The notes beneath the pieces are model-generated. The model was not told where the DNA came from. It was given only the letters and a program-made list of their open reading frames with translations, and did no database searches. Made by a program: the position numbers and the translations under genes. From an uncultured Haloferula sp. (lineage in GTDB: Bacteria > Verrucomicrobiota > Verrucomicrobiia > Verrucomicrobiales > Akkermansiaceae), in NCBI GenBank assembly GCA_965652295.1, contig CBFGTS010000011.1, positions 32,001 to 96,000 on the forward strand: a stretch of DNA of 64,000 bases. The letters are read 5' to 3'. Below are positions 10,377 through 19,289 of the stretch, piece by piece (within the stretch, counting starts at the first letter, position 1; every line of letters starts with the position of its first letter).

Positions 10377-11552
10377 ATGACCGATTCCAACGAAACTCCG
10401 CATCCCGAGGAAGAAGTGCACCGTCGCTCGGCGATCCGCGCGGTGACGTCGTTCGTGCTGGCGCTGGCGATTCTGGTGGTGGCGTTCGTTTTCGGAGTGG
10501 TGATGTTTTTGGACCGTGAAAAGGCCGAGACGGTGGAAACCGAAAAGACCATCCCGGCGGTGCGGACCGAGGCGATCGATCCCGGTGAAGTGACGCCCGT
10601 GCTCAACAGCGAGGGGGTGGTTGAGAGCCGGCGGGAGGTGAAGCTGGCCGCGCAGGTCGGCGGGAGGGTCGAGTGGATTTCCGATCAGCTTGTTCCGGGC
10701 GGAGAGGTGGGCGAGAACGAGGTGTTGGTGCGGATCGAGGTGTCCGACCTGAAGGCCCGCCTCGCGGCGGCCGAGTCGGCGCTGGCCGAGGCGGAGCTGA
10801 CGCTGGAAGTGGAAAAAGCCAAGGGCGAGCAGGCCCGGCGGGACTGGGCGAAGCTGGGGCGGGGAGAGCCCTCCGAGCTGACCTTGCGCCGACCGCAGAT
10901 TGCCAGCGCGGAAGAGCGTGTGGAATCCGCCGCGCAGGAAGTTGAACGCTCGCGGCGCGATGTCGAACGGGCGGAGATCCGGGCACCTTTCGCGGGGCGG
11001 ATCCGCACGGCCTCGGCTGAGGTCGGGGCGATTCTCGCGCCGGGCACGGTGGTGGCGGATCTCTATTCCGACTCGGATCTGGAGGTGGAGCTGCCGTTTC
11101 CCCTGAGGGACTTCGGCTTCATTGATCGCGAGGCGCACCCCGAGTTCAAGATCGCCGCCATGCTGGGCGGTGAGCGGCGCGAATGGCCGGCGAGGCTGGT
11201 CCGGGTTTCCGGCGAAGTCGAGCGGACGACGCTGACCGGAAAGGTGATCGCGAAGGTCATGGCGAACGACGACGGCTTTCCGCCGGTCGGGCTTTTCGTG
11301 GAGGCGGAGTTTCCGGGACGGACGATCCGTGAAGTGGTTGAGGTTCCTCGCTCGGCGGTGCGCGGCTTGAACGAGGTGTGGGTCGTGCGCGGGCAGCGAC
11401 TGGAGAAGATCGAGATCGAAGAAGTCTGGTCGACCCGCGAAACGGTAGTCGTTCGTGGGCCCTTCGAGCAGGGCGATCGCCTGTTGCTCACCCGCGTGGG
11501 CACGCCGGTCGAGGGGATGGAGGTCCGCGAAGTGGAGGAGGAGGCGAAATGA
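10377..11552 (+). CDS. RND periplasmic adaptor (MFP)
   Basis: N-terminal TM, QVGGRV, helical hairpin, IRAPFAG. Confidence 0.92.
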   Translation: MTDSNETPHPEEEVHRRSAIRAVTSFVLALAILVVAFVFGVVMFLDREKAETVETEKTIPAVRTEAIDPGEVTPVLNSEGVVESRREVKLAAQVGGRVEWISDQLVPGGEVGENEVLVRIEVSDLKARLAAAESALAEAELTLEVEKAKGEQARRDWAKLGRGEPSELTLRRPQIASAEERVESAAQEVERSRRDVERAEIRAPFAGRIRTASAEVGAILAPGTVVADLYSDSDLEVELPFPLRDFGFIDREAHPEFKIAAMLGGERREWPARLVRVSGEVERTTLTGKVIAKVMANDDGFPPVGLFVEAEFPGRTIREVVEVPRSAVRGLNEVWVVRGQRLEKIEIEEVWSTRETVVVRGPFEQGDRLLLTRVGTPVEGMEVREVEEEAK

Positions 11553-14500
11553 AGGCCGCGGTGAAATGGTTCAGCGAGAACCACGTCGCGGGCAATTTTC
11601 TGATGCTGGCGGTGGTGCTGGCCGGGTTCACGACCTGGTTTCAGCTCAAAAAGGAGATTTTCCCGGAGACGTCGATCGATGCGATCGCGGTTCAGATTCC
11701 GTATCCGAACGCCACCCCGGAGGAGGTCGAGCGGGGTGTTTGCGTGCCGGTCGAGGAGGCGGTGGCCGACCTCACGGGAATCAAGAAACTCCGGTCAACG
11801 GCCACGCAAAATATCGGCGTGGTGACCATCGAGGTGGAGACCGGATACGACACCCGTGAGGTGATGGACGACGTGAAGACCCGCGTCGATGCCATCGATA
11901 ACTTTCCCGAGCAGGCAGAGAAACCCGTGCTGGAGGAGATCCTGATCAAGAACCCGGTAATGAGCCTGGCGATCACGACCGAACGCGAGGTGGATGAAAT
12001 GACGCTCACCCGGCTGGCGGAGAGCATCCGCGACGACCTGCTCACCTACGAGGGACCGGGACCGAAGACGGTCATGGATGTGGTGGCCAATTTCCTGCGC
12101 GGGAAGCCCTCGATTTCCCAGGTGTCGATTGCAGGCACCCGCGACTACGAGATTTCCATCGAGGTCTCCGAAGACCGCCTGCGCGAGCTGGGCCTGACGC
12201 ACGAGCAGGTCGCCGCGGCGGTGCGCCGGACTTCGGTGGATCTGCCGGGCGGCTCGATCCGCACGGAGGGCGGCGAGGTGATCGTCCGCGCGCTGGGAAA
12301 GCGCTACACCGCGAACGAATTCTGCACGATCCCGGTGGCGACGCGTCCGGACGGATCGGAGGTGCTGCTGGAGGAAATCGCCGAGATTCACGATGGCTTC
12401 GAGGACGTGGATCTTTCCGCCAGCTTCGATGGTCGTTCGGCGGTGCTGGTGAACGTGTACCGGGTGGGGAGCGAGGACACGCTTGCGCTGGCCCAGCTCG
12501 TGAAGGACTACGTCGATCACTCCGAGGCGCGTGTGCCGGAAGGGGTGAACGTTTCCATCTGGAACGATCAGAGTGCGTATCTCAAGGGCAGGCTTGAGTT
12601 GCTCCAGCGCAACGCGGTGTTCGGTCTGCTCCTCGTGCTGCTGGTGCTGGCGCTGTTCCTGCGGCCTTCGCTTGCATTTCTGGTGGCGCTGGGCATCCCG
12701 GTTTCCTTCGCCGGCGGCATCTGGCTGATGCCGGTATTCGGCATCTCGATCAACATGATCTCGCTGTTCTCCTTCATCCTGGTGCTGGGAATCGTGGTGG
12801 ACGACGCGATCGTGACCGGGGAGAACGTCTACTCGAGGATCCAGAAAGGCGAGCATCCACGGCAAGCGTCGTACTTGGGCACGCACGAGGTGGGCACGGT
12901 GGTGATCTTCGGCGTGCTCACGACCATGGCGGCGTTCACGCCGATGCTCGGGTTGAGTGGGGTTTCGGGGAAAATCTGGCCGAACATCCCGCTGGTGGTG
13001 ATCCCGACGCTCGCGTTCTCACTGCTGCAATCGAAGCTGGTCCTGCCCGCCCACCTCGCGTTGCTGGCTCCGCATCAGAAGGAGAAACCGCGCAACCCGA
13101 TCTTCCGGCTCCAGCGGTTCATCGCCGACGGGTTGGAGCGGTTCGTGGAGAAGGTTTACACGCCGGCGCTGGAGGTTTGCCTGCGCTGGCGGATCGTCAC
13201 GGCGGCCGCGTTCCTGGGGTTGCTGATCGCTTCGTTCGGTTTTGTCGCGGGGGGACACGTGAAATTCAAATTCTTCCCCGAGGTCGAGGGTGACATCCTC
13301 TCGGCCAAGTTCGAGCTGCCGCAGGGGGCTCCTTTCGATGCCACTCAGGAGATCGGGGAGAGGCTCGAGGCTGCGGCGATGAAAGTCGGCCAGGAGTTGA
13401 AAAACAACGCGGGTGAGCCGGTGATCCGGCACCTGCTGGCCTCCTCCGGCACGCAACCGTTTCAGACCGGCTTCAACCCGAATGGTCCGCCGAAAGCCAC
13501 TCACCTCGGCGAGGTGACGCTGGAACTCACGCCGGCTGCGGGTCGATCCGTGACCGGGCGGGAGTTCATCGATGCCTGGCGCAAGGAAGCCGGCGATCTG
13601 CCGGGCTTGGAGGAGATCTCCTTCAAAGCGGAAACCGCGGGCGGAGGAAATGCGTTCGATTTCAATCTGGTGGGGCCTGACTTGCCGCGATTGCGCGAGG
13701 CGACGGACTGGGTGAAGGCCGAGCTTGGCGAGTATGCCGGCGTGATCGACATCGCCGACTCGAACCGCGCGGGAAAAGACGAGCTGCGGCTGATCCGGCT
13801 GACGCCGCAGGGCAAGGCGCTTGGCCTCAGACTCGACGACGTCGCCCACCAGGTGCGGGATGCCTTTTACGGAAACGAAGCCCAACGGCTTCAACGCGGC
13901 CGCGACGAGGTGAAGGTGATGATTCGCTATCCTCAGGAAGATCGTCGCCGACTGTCATCGCTGGAAAACATGCGCATCCGTACCCCGGACGGGGCGGAGG
14001 TGCCGCTGCCGCAGGTGGTGGAATACGAGTTCGGCCGCGGCCCGGCGGTGATCAATCGCACCGATCGACAGCGCTCCATCAAGATCACGGCCGATGTCGA
14101 GGGGGGGACGAACGCGAATGAGGTGATGGGGACCTACCGGCCCCAGATTCTCGAAAAGCTGCCGCAAAAGTTTCCCGGAGTGCGTTATCAGCAGGAGGGC
14201 GAGCAGAAGGACCAGGCGGACAGCGTGCGGGAGATCGGGATCGGTTTCCTCGGGGCTCTGGTGATGATGTATGTGCTGATCGCCGTGCCGCTGCGCTCCT
14301 ACTGGCAGCCGTTGATCATCATGGTGGTGATCCCCTTCGGCCTGATCGGAGCGATCGGCGGTCACCTGTTGTTGGGGATGAATCTTTCGATCATGTCGAT
14401 GTGCGGCTTGGTCGCGCTGGCCGGGGTGGTGGTGAACGACTCGTTGGTGCTGGTGGACTTCGTGAACCGCCACCGCGATGAAGCGGGATCGATCGTTGAA

Positions 14501-14773
14501 GCGGCGCGACAAGCCGGGGCGCGGCGCTTCCGGGCGATCCTGCTGACTTCGTTGACGACCTTCGCCGGGCTGATGCCGATGCTGGTGGAAACCGACGTCC
14601 AGGCGCGCTTTCTGATTCCGATGGCGGTGTCCCTGGGCTTCGGGATTTTGTTCGCGACGGTGATCACGCTGTTCCTCGTGCCGTGCGTGTATGTGCTTTT
14701 GGAGGATGTCAGGAAGCTGATGACCGGCCGGAAGATGAAGCGTTTGGAAGCGGAAGCGGGGAGGGTGGCATAG
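11549..14773 (+). CDS. RND efflux permease (AcrB/AcrD/AcrF family)
   Basis: GIVVDDAIV, RFRAILLTSLTT; ATGA overlap with the MFP stop. Confidence 0.94.
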   Translation: MKAAVKWFSENHVAGNFLMLAVVLAGFTTWFQLKKEIFPETSIDAIAVQIPYPNATPEEVERGVCVPVEEAVADLTGIKKLRSTATQNIGVVTIEVETGYDTREVMDDVKTRVDAIDNFPEQAEKPVLEEILIKNPVMSLAITTEREVDEMTLTRLAESIRDDLLTYEGPGPKTVMDVVANFLRGKPSISQVSIAGTRDYEISIEVSEDRLRELGLTHEQVAAAVRRTSVDLPGGSIRTEGGEVIVRALGKRYTANEFCTIPVATRPDGSEVLLEEIAEIHDGFEDVDLSASFDGRSAVLVNVYRVGSEDTLALAQLVKDYVDHSEARVPEGVNVSIWNDQSAYLKGRLELLQRNAVFGLLLVLLVLALFLRPSLAFLVALGIPVSFAGGIWLMPVFGISINMISLFSFILVLGIVVDDAIVTGENVYSRIQKGEHPRQASYLGTHEVGTVVIFGVLTTMAAFTPMLGLSGVSGKIWPNIPLVVIPTLAFSLLQSKLVLPAHLALLAPHQKEKPRNPIFRLQRFIADGLERFVEKVYTPALEVCLRWRIVTAAAFLGLLIASFGFVAGGHVKFKFFPEVEGDILSAKFELPQGAPFDATQEIGERLEAAAMKVGQELKNNAGEPVIRHLLASSGTQPFQTGFNPNGPPKATHLGEVTLELTPAAGRSVTGREFIDAWRKEAGDLPGLEEISFKAETAGGGNAFDFNLVGPDLPRLREATDWVKAELGEYAGVIDIADSNRAGKDELRLIRLTPQGKALGLRLDDVAHQVRDAFYGNEAQRLQRGRDEVKVMIRYPQEDRRRLSSLENMRIRTPDGAEVPLPQVVEYEFGRGPAVINRTDRQRSIKITADVEGGTNANEVMGTYRPQILEKLPQKFPGVRYQQEGEQKDQADSVREIGIGFLGALVMMYVLIAVPLRSYWQPLIIMVVIPFGLIGAIGGHLLLGMNLSIMSMCGLVALAGVVVNDSLVLVDFVNRHRDEAGSIVEAARQAGARRFRAILLTSLTTFAGLMPMLVETDVQARFLIPMAVSLGFGILFATVITLFLVPCVYVLLEDVRKLMTGRKMKRLEAEAGRVA

Positions 14774-14909
14774 GAGGTGGGACGCCCTCGTCCCACAAAA
14801 GGTGGAGCTGGTCTCACCGATGTTGGGGAAAACGAAACTCCTCCTGCTGCCGCCTTCAAGAGCGCCGCGGGCTGCGAGGGTTACGGGACGAGGGCGTCCC
14901 GCCTCCTAT
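14770..14909. repeat. REPIN/MITE-like element of two inverted 25-bp REP arms
   Basis: ATAGGAGGTGGGACGCCCTCGTCCC (14770-14794) and its inverse (14885-14909), 24/25 identical; each arm is internally palindromic. Confidence 0.85.
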
Positions 14910-15976
14910 TCCAAAACGTCCGGATAGGAGCCGAGGATCTTCACCAGCGAGCAGTGTTTTTCCAGTTCGCCGAGGGCTTCCTTGACCGCTTCATCGGCGC
15001 AGTGGCCGGCGAGGTCGACGTAGAAGATATACTCCCAGTCCTTGCGTTTGGAGGGGCGGCTCTCGATCTTCGACATGTTGATATCGAAATGCTCGAAGGC
15101 CTGCAGGGCGCGGACCAGGGAACCGGGACGATCATGGATGGCGAACAGCAGGGAGGTGCGATCGTTGCCGGTGGGGGGGCAGGTTTTTTCGCCGATCACC
15201 AGGAAGCGGGTGGTATTGGTCGCGCGGTCCTGGATGCATTCCTCGAGCATCTGGAGGCCGTTCATTTCGGCAGCCAGCGGTCCGCCGAGGGCTGCGGCAC
15301 CTTCGGATGCCTTCTCGCGGGCGATTGCGGCGGCGCGGGTGGTGGAGGACACCTCCACGAGGTCGGCCTCGGGGAAATGGCGCAGGATCCAGGTGCGGCA
15401 CTGGCCGAAGACCTGGGGGTGGGAATAGAGCGTGCGGATCTCCTCGCGAGGGATCGCGGCCATCAGACCGTTTTCAATGCGCAGCAGGATCTGGGCGCAG
15501 ATCTGGAGATGGGAGTCGACGAACAGATCGAGGGTGTGGGAGACGGCACCCTCGGTGGAGTTCTCGATCGGGACGACGCCGTAATCGGCCCTGCGACGGC
15601 TGACCTGATCGAACACCTCGGCGAAATTCGGCTGGGCCGAGTAGGCAACGGAGTGGCCGAATTTCTTGATCGCGGCCTGGTGCGTCCAGGTGCCTTCGGG
15701 GCCGAGGTAGGCGATCTTGAGGTCGTCCTCGAGCGCGAGGGCGGCGGACATGATCTCGCGGTAGATGGCGCGGATCGATTTCTCCGGCAGGCGACCGGAG
15801 TTCATCTCGATGAGCTTTCGCAGCAGGGCTTCTTCGCGCTCCGGGGCGTAGATCTGGAGGCCATCGCGCTTTTTCACCACGCCGACTTCATGGACGAGTT
15901 CAGCGCGCTGGGAGAGGAGCTGGAGGAGCTGGTGGTCGATGCGATCGATGTCGCGGCGGATGTCGTCGAGGTTCAC
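14906..15976 (-). CDS. pheA: Chorismate mutase / prephenate dehydratase (P-protein)
   Basis: CM_2 N-terminus, YLGPEGT, VPIENSTEG, NTTRF, ACT domain with IESRP. Confidence 0.96.
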   Translation of the reverse strand: MNLDDIRRDIDRIDHQLLQLLSQRAELVHEVGVVKKRDGLQIYAPEREEALLRKLIEMNSGRLPEKSIRAIYREIMSAALALEDDLKIAYLGPEGTWTHQAAIKKFGHSVAYSAQPNFAEVFDQVSRRRADYGVVPIENSTEGAVSHTLDLFVDSHLQICAQILLRIENGLMAAIPREEIRTLYSHPQVFGQCRTWILRHFPEADLVEVSSTTRAAAIAREKASEGAAALGGPLAAEMNGLQMLEECIQDRATNTTRFLVIGEKTCPPTGNDRTSLLFAIHDRPGSLVRALQAFEHFDINMSKIESRPSKRKDWEYIFYVDLAGHCADEAVKEALGELEKHCSLVKILGSYPDVLE

Positions 15977-16725
15977 GGCGTGTCCTGGGAGGCGGCTTCG
16001 GTTTCCGGCGTTTCCGGAGAAGGTGCGTCGGCCGGGGCGGCGTTCTTGCCGGTGGCCTTGAGGGCGAGCTGTTCCTCGGCGCTGGCGGCGGGCTTCTGAT
16101 CGCCGGGCTCGGGCAGTTTCACTTTGCGCAACTCGCCGGAGTTCGGGAGGTCATCGATCGAGCGGATCCCGAAGTGCTCGAAGAACAGCTCGGTGGTTTC
16201 GTAGAGCAATGGGCGTCCCGGCAGCTCGGCACGGCCGCCGATGCGGACCAGTTCGCGGTCGAGGAGCTTTTGCAGCATGCCATCGCAGGAGACTCCACGG
16301 ACGGCCTCGATGGCGGCCTTGGTGATCGGCTGGCGGTAGGCGATGATGGCGAGCGTTTCCATGGCGGGGGCGCTGAGCCGCTCGGGGCGGCGGCCGGGAA
16401 AAAGATGGCGCACGAATTCGCCGTAGTCGCCGCGGGTGAAAATGCGCCAGCCCTTGGCTCGTTCGGAGAGGGTGAAGGCGCGGCCGCTTTCCTGGTAGTG
16501 GCGGTTGAGCGCGCCGATGGCGGTGACGACGTCCTCGGCCGAGGTGGTGGCCAGCGTGGTAAGCCAGTCCGGCAGGTCGCCCGGTTGCCGGCCTTCCTCG
16601 ATTTCGCGGGCGCGGACGTCCTCGGCTTCCGCCACGCGGGCACGGACGAGGCGGGCGAGTTCCTCGGCGGGCAGGGCCTCGTCCGAGGCGGTGAGGAGGG
16701 CTTCGATGATGGACGGCAGTTCCAT
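15973..16725 (-). CDS. scpB: SMC-Scp complex subunit ScpB
   Basis: IIEALL, LSAPAMETLAIIAYRQPIT, IEAVRGV, GRPLLYETT. Confidence 0.93.
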   Translation of the reverse strand: MELPSIIEALLTASDEALPAEELARLVRARVAEAEDVRAREIEEGRQPGDLPDWLTTLATTSAEDVVTAIGALNRHYQESGRAFTLSERAKGWRIFTRGDYGEFVRHLFPGRRPERLSAPAMETLAIIAYRQPITKAAIEAVRGVSCDGMLQKLLDRELVRIGGRAELPGRPLLYETTELFFEHFGIRSIDDLPNSGELRKVKLPEPGDQKPAASAEEQLALKATGKNAAPADAPSPETPETEAASQDTP

Positions 16726-16911
16726 GGCGGGCGCGCAGCTTAGGTCGTGGTGGCGGCAGTTCAAGCGCGCCGAGTCTTTGGATGGAAAGCCATGCGGGAA
16801 ACTTTCCGCTTGAAGTGAGAAGTCACGGGCGCTAATCGACCGCGCCCCGCTGGCAGAGCTTTTTCCATTGGCTCTGAAAGCGGGCCGCGTTTTCCGAACT
16901 GACCCACACTC

Positions 16912-17502
16912 ATGCCTGCTAAAAAAGCTGCCAAGAAGGCGACGGCCAAGACTGCCGCGAAGAAGGCTCCGGCGAAAAGCTCCGGAGAGAAATCCGCAGC
17001 GGCCGAGACCAAGGCCACCAATGGAGCCGCGAAGCTCAGCCCCTTCATTTCCAAGCAGCGCCAGCGGCTGCTCGACCTGCGCGATGAGTTGGTCGATGCG
17101 ATGTCCGGCGTGGCTGGGGAGATTCGCAACGGCCCGTCCGGCAGCGAGGCCTCCGGCAGCGGCATGCACCAGGGGGATGCGGGCAGCGACGCCTACGACC
17201 GCGACTTCGCTCTCAGCGTGCTGGCGAAGGAACAGGACGCCCTTTACGAGATCGAGCAGGCCTTGCGGCGGATCGAGCGCGGCGTTTACGGCGTGTGCGA
17301 AATGTCCGGGGAGAAGATTCCCCAAGCCCGCCTTGAAGCCATTCCTTTCGCCCGCCTGACGGTCCAATGCCAGGCCGACTGGGAGAAGGATTACGGCAAC
17401 CAGCGCTTCCGTCCGAAGGGCGAGGTGGGCTTCAGCAACGGACGCCTTTCCGATGACGATGAGGATTCGGACTCGGTTTCGCTTGACGGTGACAACGATT
17501 GA
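16912..17502 (+). CDS. TraR/DksA family regulator with only two Cys in the zinc-finger region
   Basis: HQGDAGSD, EIEQALRRI, YGVCEMSGEKIPQARLEAIPFARLTVQC; Ala/Lys-rich N-terminus. Confidence 0.88.
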   Translation: MPAKKAAKKATAKTAAKKAPAKSSGEKSAAAETKATNGAAKLSPFISKQRQRLLDLRDELVDAMSGVAGEIRNGPSGSEASGSGMHQGDAGSDAYDRDFALSVLAKEQDALYEIEQALRRIERGVYGVCEMSGEKIPQARLEAIPFARLTVQCQADWEKDYGNQRFRPKGEVGFSNGRLSDDDEDSDSVSLDGDND

Positions 17503-17555
17503 ACTAGTCTCCGCGCCCCTGCTTTCTCCGACCCATTTCCGACCCGTTTCTTTCC

Positions 17556-17729
17556 ATGCCACGCGATATCATCATCCTTGAATGCACCGAGGCCCGTGCC
17601 GAGGGCAAGTCACCGTCGCGCTACGTGACGACCCGGAACAAGAAAAGCCTCCGTACGCCAGGTCGTCTCGAGAAGGTGAAATTCAATCCGGCCCTGCAGC
17701 GCCGCACCATTCACCGCGAACTTCGCTAA
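17556..17729 (+). CDS. rpmG: 50S ribosomal protein L33 (not in the ORF track)
   Basis: Manual translation MPRDIIILECTEARAEGKSPSRYVTTRNKKSLRTPGRLEKVKFNPALQRRTIHRELR, 57 aa, directly upstream of rpsR. Confidence 0.93.
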   Translation: MPRDIIILECTEARAEGKSPSRYVTTRNKKSLRTPGRLEKVKFNPALQRRTIHRELR

Positions 17730-17735
17730 TTTATC

Positions 17736-17978
17736 ATGTCCGAACCGAAGACCGTCGAACGCCGGATCGCCTTCCGCAAGGCGAACCGCACCATGCCCCG
17801 CCGCCGTCTGGATATCCCGACGGAGCAAGTCACCTACACGCACCCCGAGCTGCTCTCGAAGTTCACCTCGGACACCGGCAAGATCCTGCCGCGCCGTGTG
17901 ACGGGCGTTTCCGCCAAGCTGCACCGCAAGATCACCCGCGAGATCAAGCGTGCGCGTGCCGTGAACCTGATGCGCTGA
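17736..17978 (+). CDS. rpsR: 30S ribosomal protein S18
   Basis: [19 protein letters not shown]...IKRAR. Confidence 0.95.
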   Translation: MSEPKTVERRIAFRKANRTMPRRRLDIPTEQVTYTHPELLSKFTSDTGKILPRRVTGVSAKLHRKITREIKRARAVNLMR

Positions 17979-18015
17979 ACCGGCGTTTCCGGGAAACGGA
18001 GACCCGCTTTCCAAG

Positions 18016-18050
18016 AAGCCCGTCCGCGTTCCGCGCGTGCGGGCTTTTTT
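18016..18050 (+). terminator. Probable intrinsic terminator after rpsR
   Basis: AAGCCCG...CGGGC stem followed by TTTTTT. Confidence 0.65.
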
Positions 18051-18056
18051 CGTCCG

Positions 18057-18839
18057 ATGAAGGAACTCAAGGATACCCAGAACGAGCGGGACGACCGGAA
18101 TCTGCCGATCGACCGCGTGGGCGTGAAAGGTCTGCGCTTCCCGGTGGAGGTGCGTGACAAGGATGGCTCGACGCAGCGATCGGTGGCCACGGTGGCTCTC
18201 GCCGTGGACTTGCCGGAGCACTACAAGGGCACCCACATGAGCCGCTTCGTGGAAGCGCTCAACGCCCATGGCGGCTGCCTCGATGTCCGCACGATGGCGT
18301 CGCTGCCGGCGGAGCTGCTGGAGCGGCTGGACGCTCGCAAGGCGCATGTGGAGTTCGAGTTCCCATTCTTTCTTTCAAAATCCGCGCCGGTGACCGGTCG
18401 CCCGGGACTGATGGACTACGTGGTGCGCTTCGAAGTCGAAGCCGAACTCGACGGGCCGGTGGATTTCATCGTCACCATCCAGGTTCCGGTGGCCACGCTC
18501 TGTCCGTGCTCGAAGGAAATCAGCGACCGTGGCGCCCACAATCAGCGGGGGATCGTGACCTACTCGGTGCGCTTCCGCGAACCGGTGTGGATCGAGGACT
18601 TGATCGCCTTGGTCGAGCGTTCCGCGAGCTGCGAGCTCTACAGTCTGCTCAAACGTCCGGATGAAAAGGCGGTGACGGAGCGGGCTTACGACAATCCGGT
18701 GTTCGTCGAGGATCTGGTGAGAAACGTGGCTTCCCGCTCGAACGCTCACGACGCGATTCTTTGGTATCGCGTGGAGGCCGAGAATTTCGAGTCGATCCAC
18801 AATCACCAAGCCTACGCGGTGCTTGAAAAACGCGTCTGA
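18057..18839 (+). CDS. folE2: GTP cyclohydrolase I type IB
   Basis: IDRVGV, KGTHMSRF, TLCPCSK, GAHNQR, FVEDLVR, ESIHNH. Confidence 0.95.
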   Translation: MKELKDTQNERDDRNLPIDRVGVKGLRFPVEVRDKDGSTQRSVATVALAVDLPEHYKGTHMSRFVEALNAHGGCLDVRTMASLPAELLERLDARKAHVEFEFPFFLSKSAPVTGRPGLMDYVVRFEVEAELDGPVDFIVTIQVPVATLCPCSKEISDRGAHNQRGIVTYSVRFREPVWIEDLIALVERSASCELYSLLKRPDEKAVTERAYDNPVFVEDLVRNVASRSNAHDAILWYRVEAENFESIHNHQAYAVLEKRV

Positions 18840-18974
18840 ATCCCGCGCCTCTTCCAATGTAATCCGCATGATTCCGCGCAGTTGAAAAACTCGCGGAGAA
18901 TCTTCGATTACTTGAGAGTAAGCTTAAGCAAAGGATTTCCGCTGGTTTTTCAAGATTAGCGGCCTGTCGGAATT

Positions 18975-19200
18975 GTTGGTGTGTGTCCCAGCTGGGGGCT
19001 GGGCCTCAACTTCAGGATCTGATCCGTTTCGGCGGTCCGCAAGGGGTGCATGATTTCTGGGGGGAAGTCATGCGCCCCGCTTCGTTTTCAGTCGGTGGTT
19101 CTCCGAGGTGACTCCGGTCCGTTCCCGGCTGGGGGGATGACCAGAAAGGGACCGGAGTCGTCTGGGGGGAGAGGTTCGGAGTCCCGGCCGCTTTCCTTTC
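18975..19200 (+). ncRNA. Candidate structured small RNA with repeated G-rich-loop hairpins; boundaries approximate
   Basis: CTGGGGG(G) at 18992, 19057, 19129 and 19162; 15-bp and 11-bp stems; G-U pairs favour the + strand; lies between convergent genes. Confidence 0.45.
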
Positions 19201-19289
19201 GGCCGCGCACCGGTTTGATACGTTCATCATCCACGAAACCGGCGGGGCGAACATAACGGCATCGCGCCCCCCCGATCGAGGGAGGAGCT

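Noticed and set aside
16730..16911. Zur box upstream of the zinc-sparing cluster
   Set aside because: No AT-rich palindrome resembling known Zur boxes
16726..17562. 529-aa ScpB with a long N-terminus
   Set aside because: The extension is the antisense of the DksA-like gene
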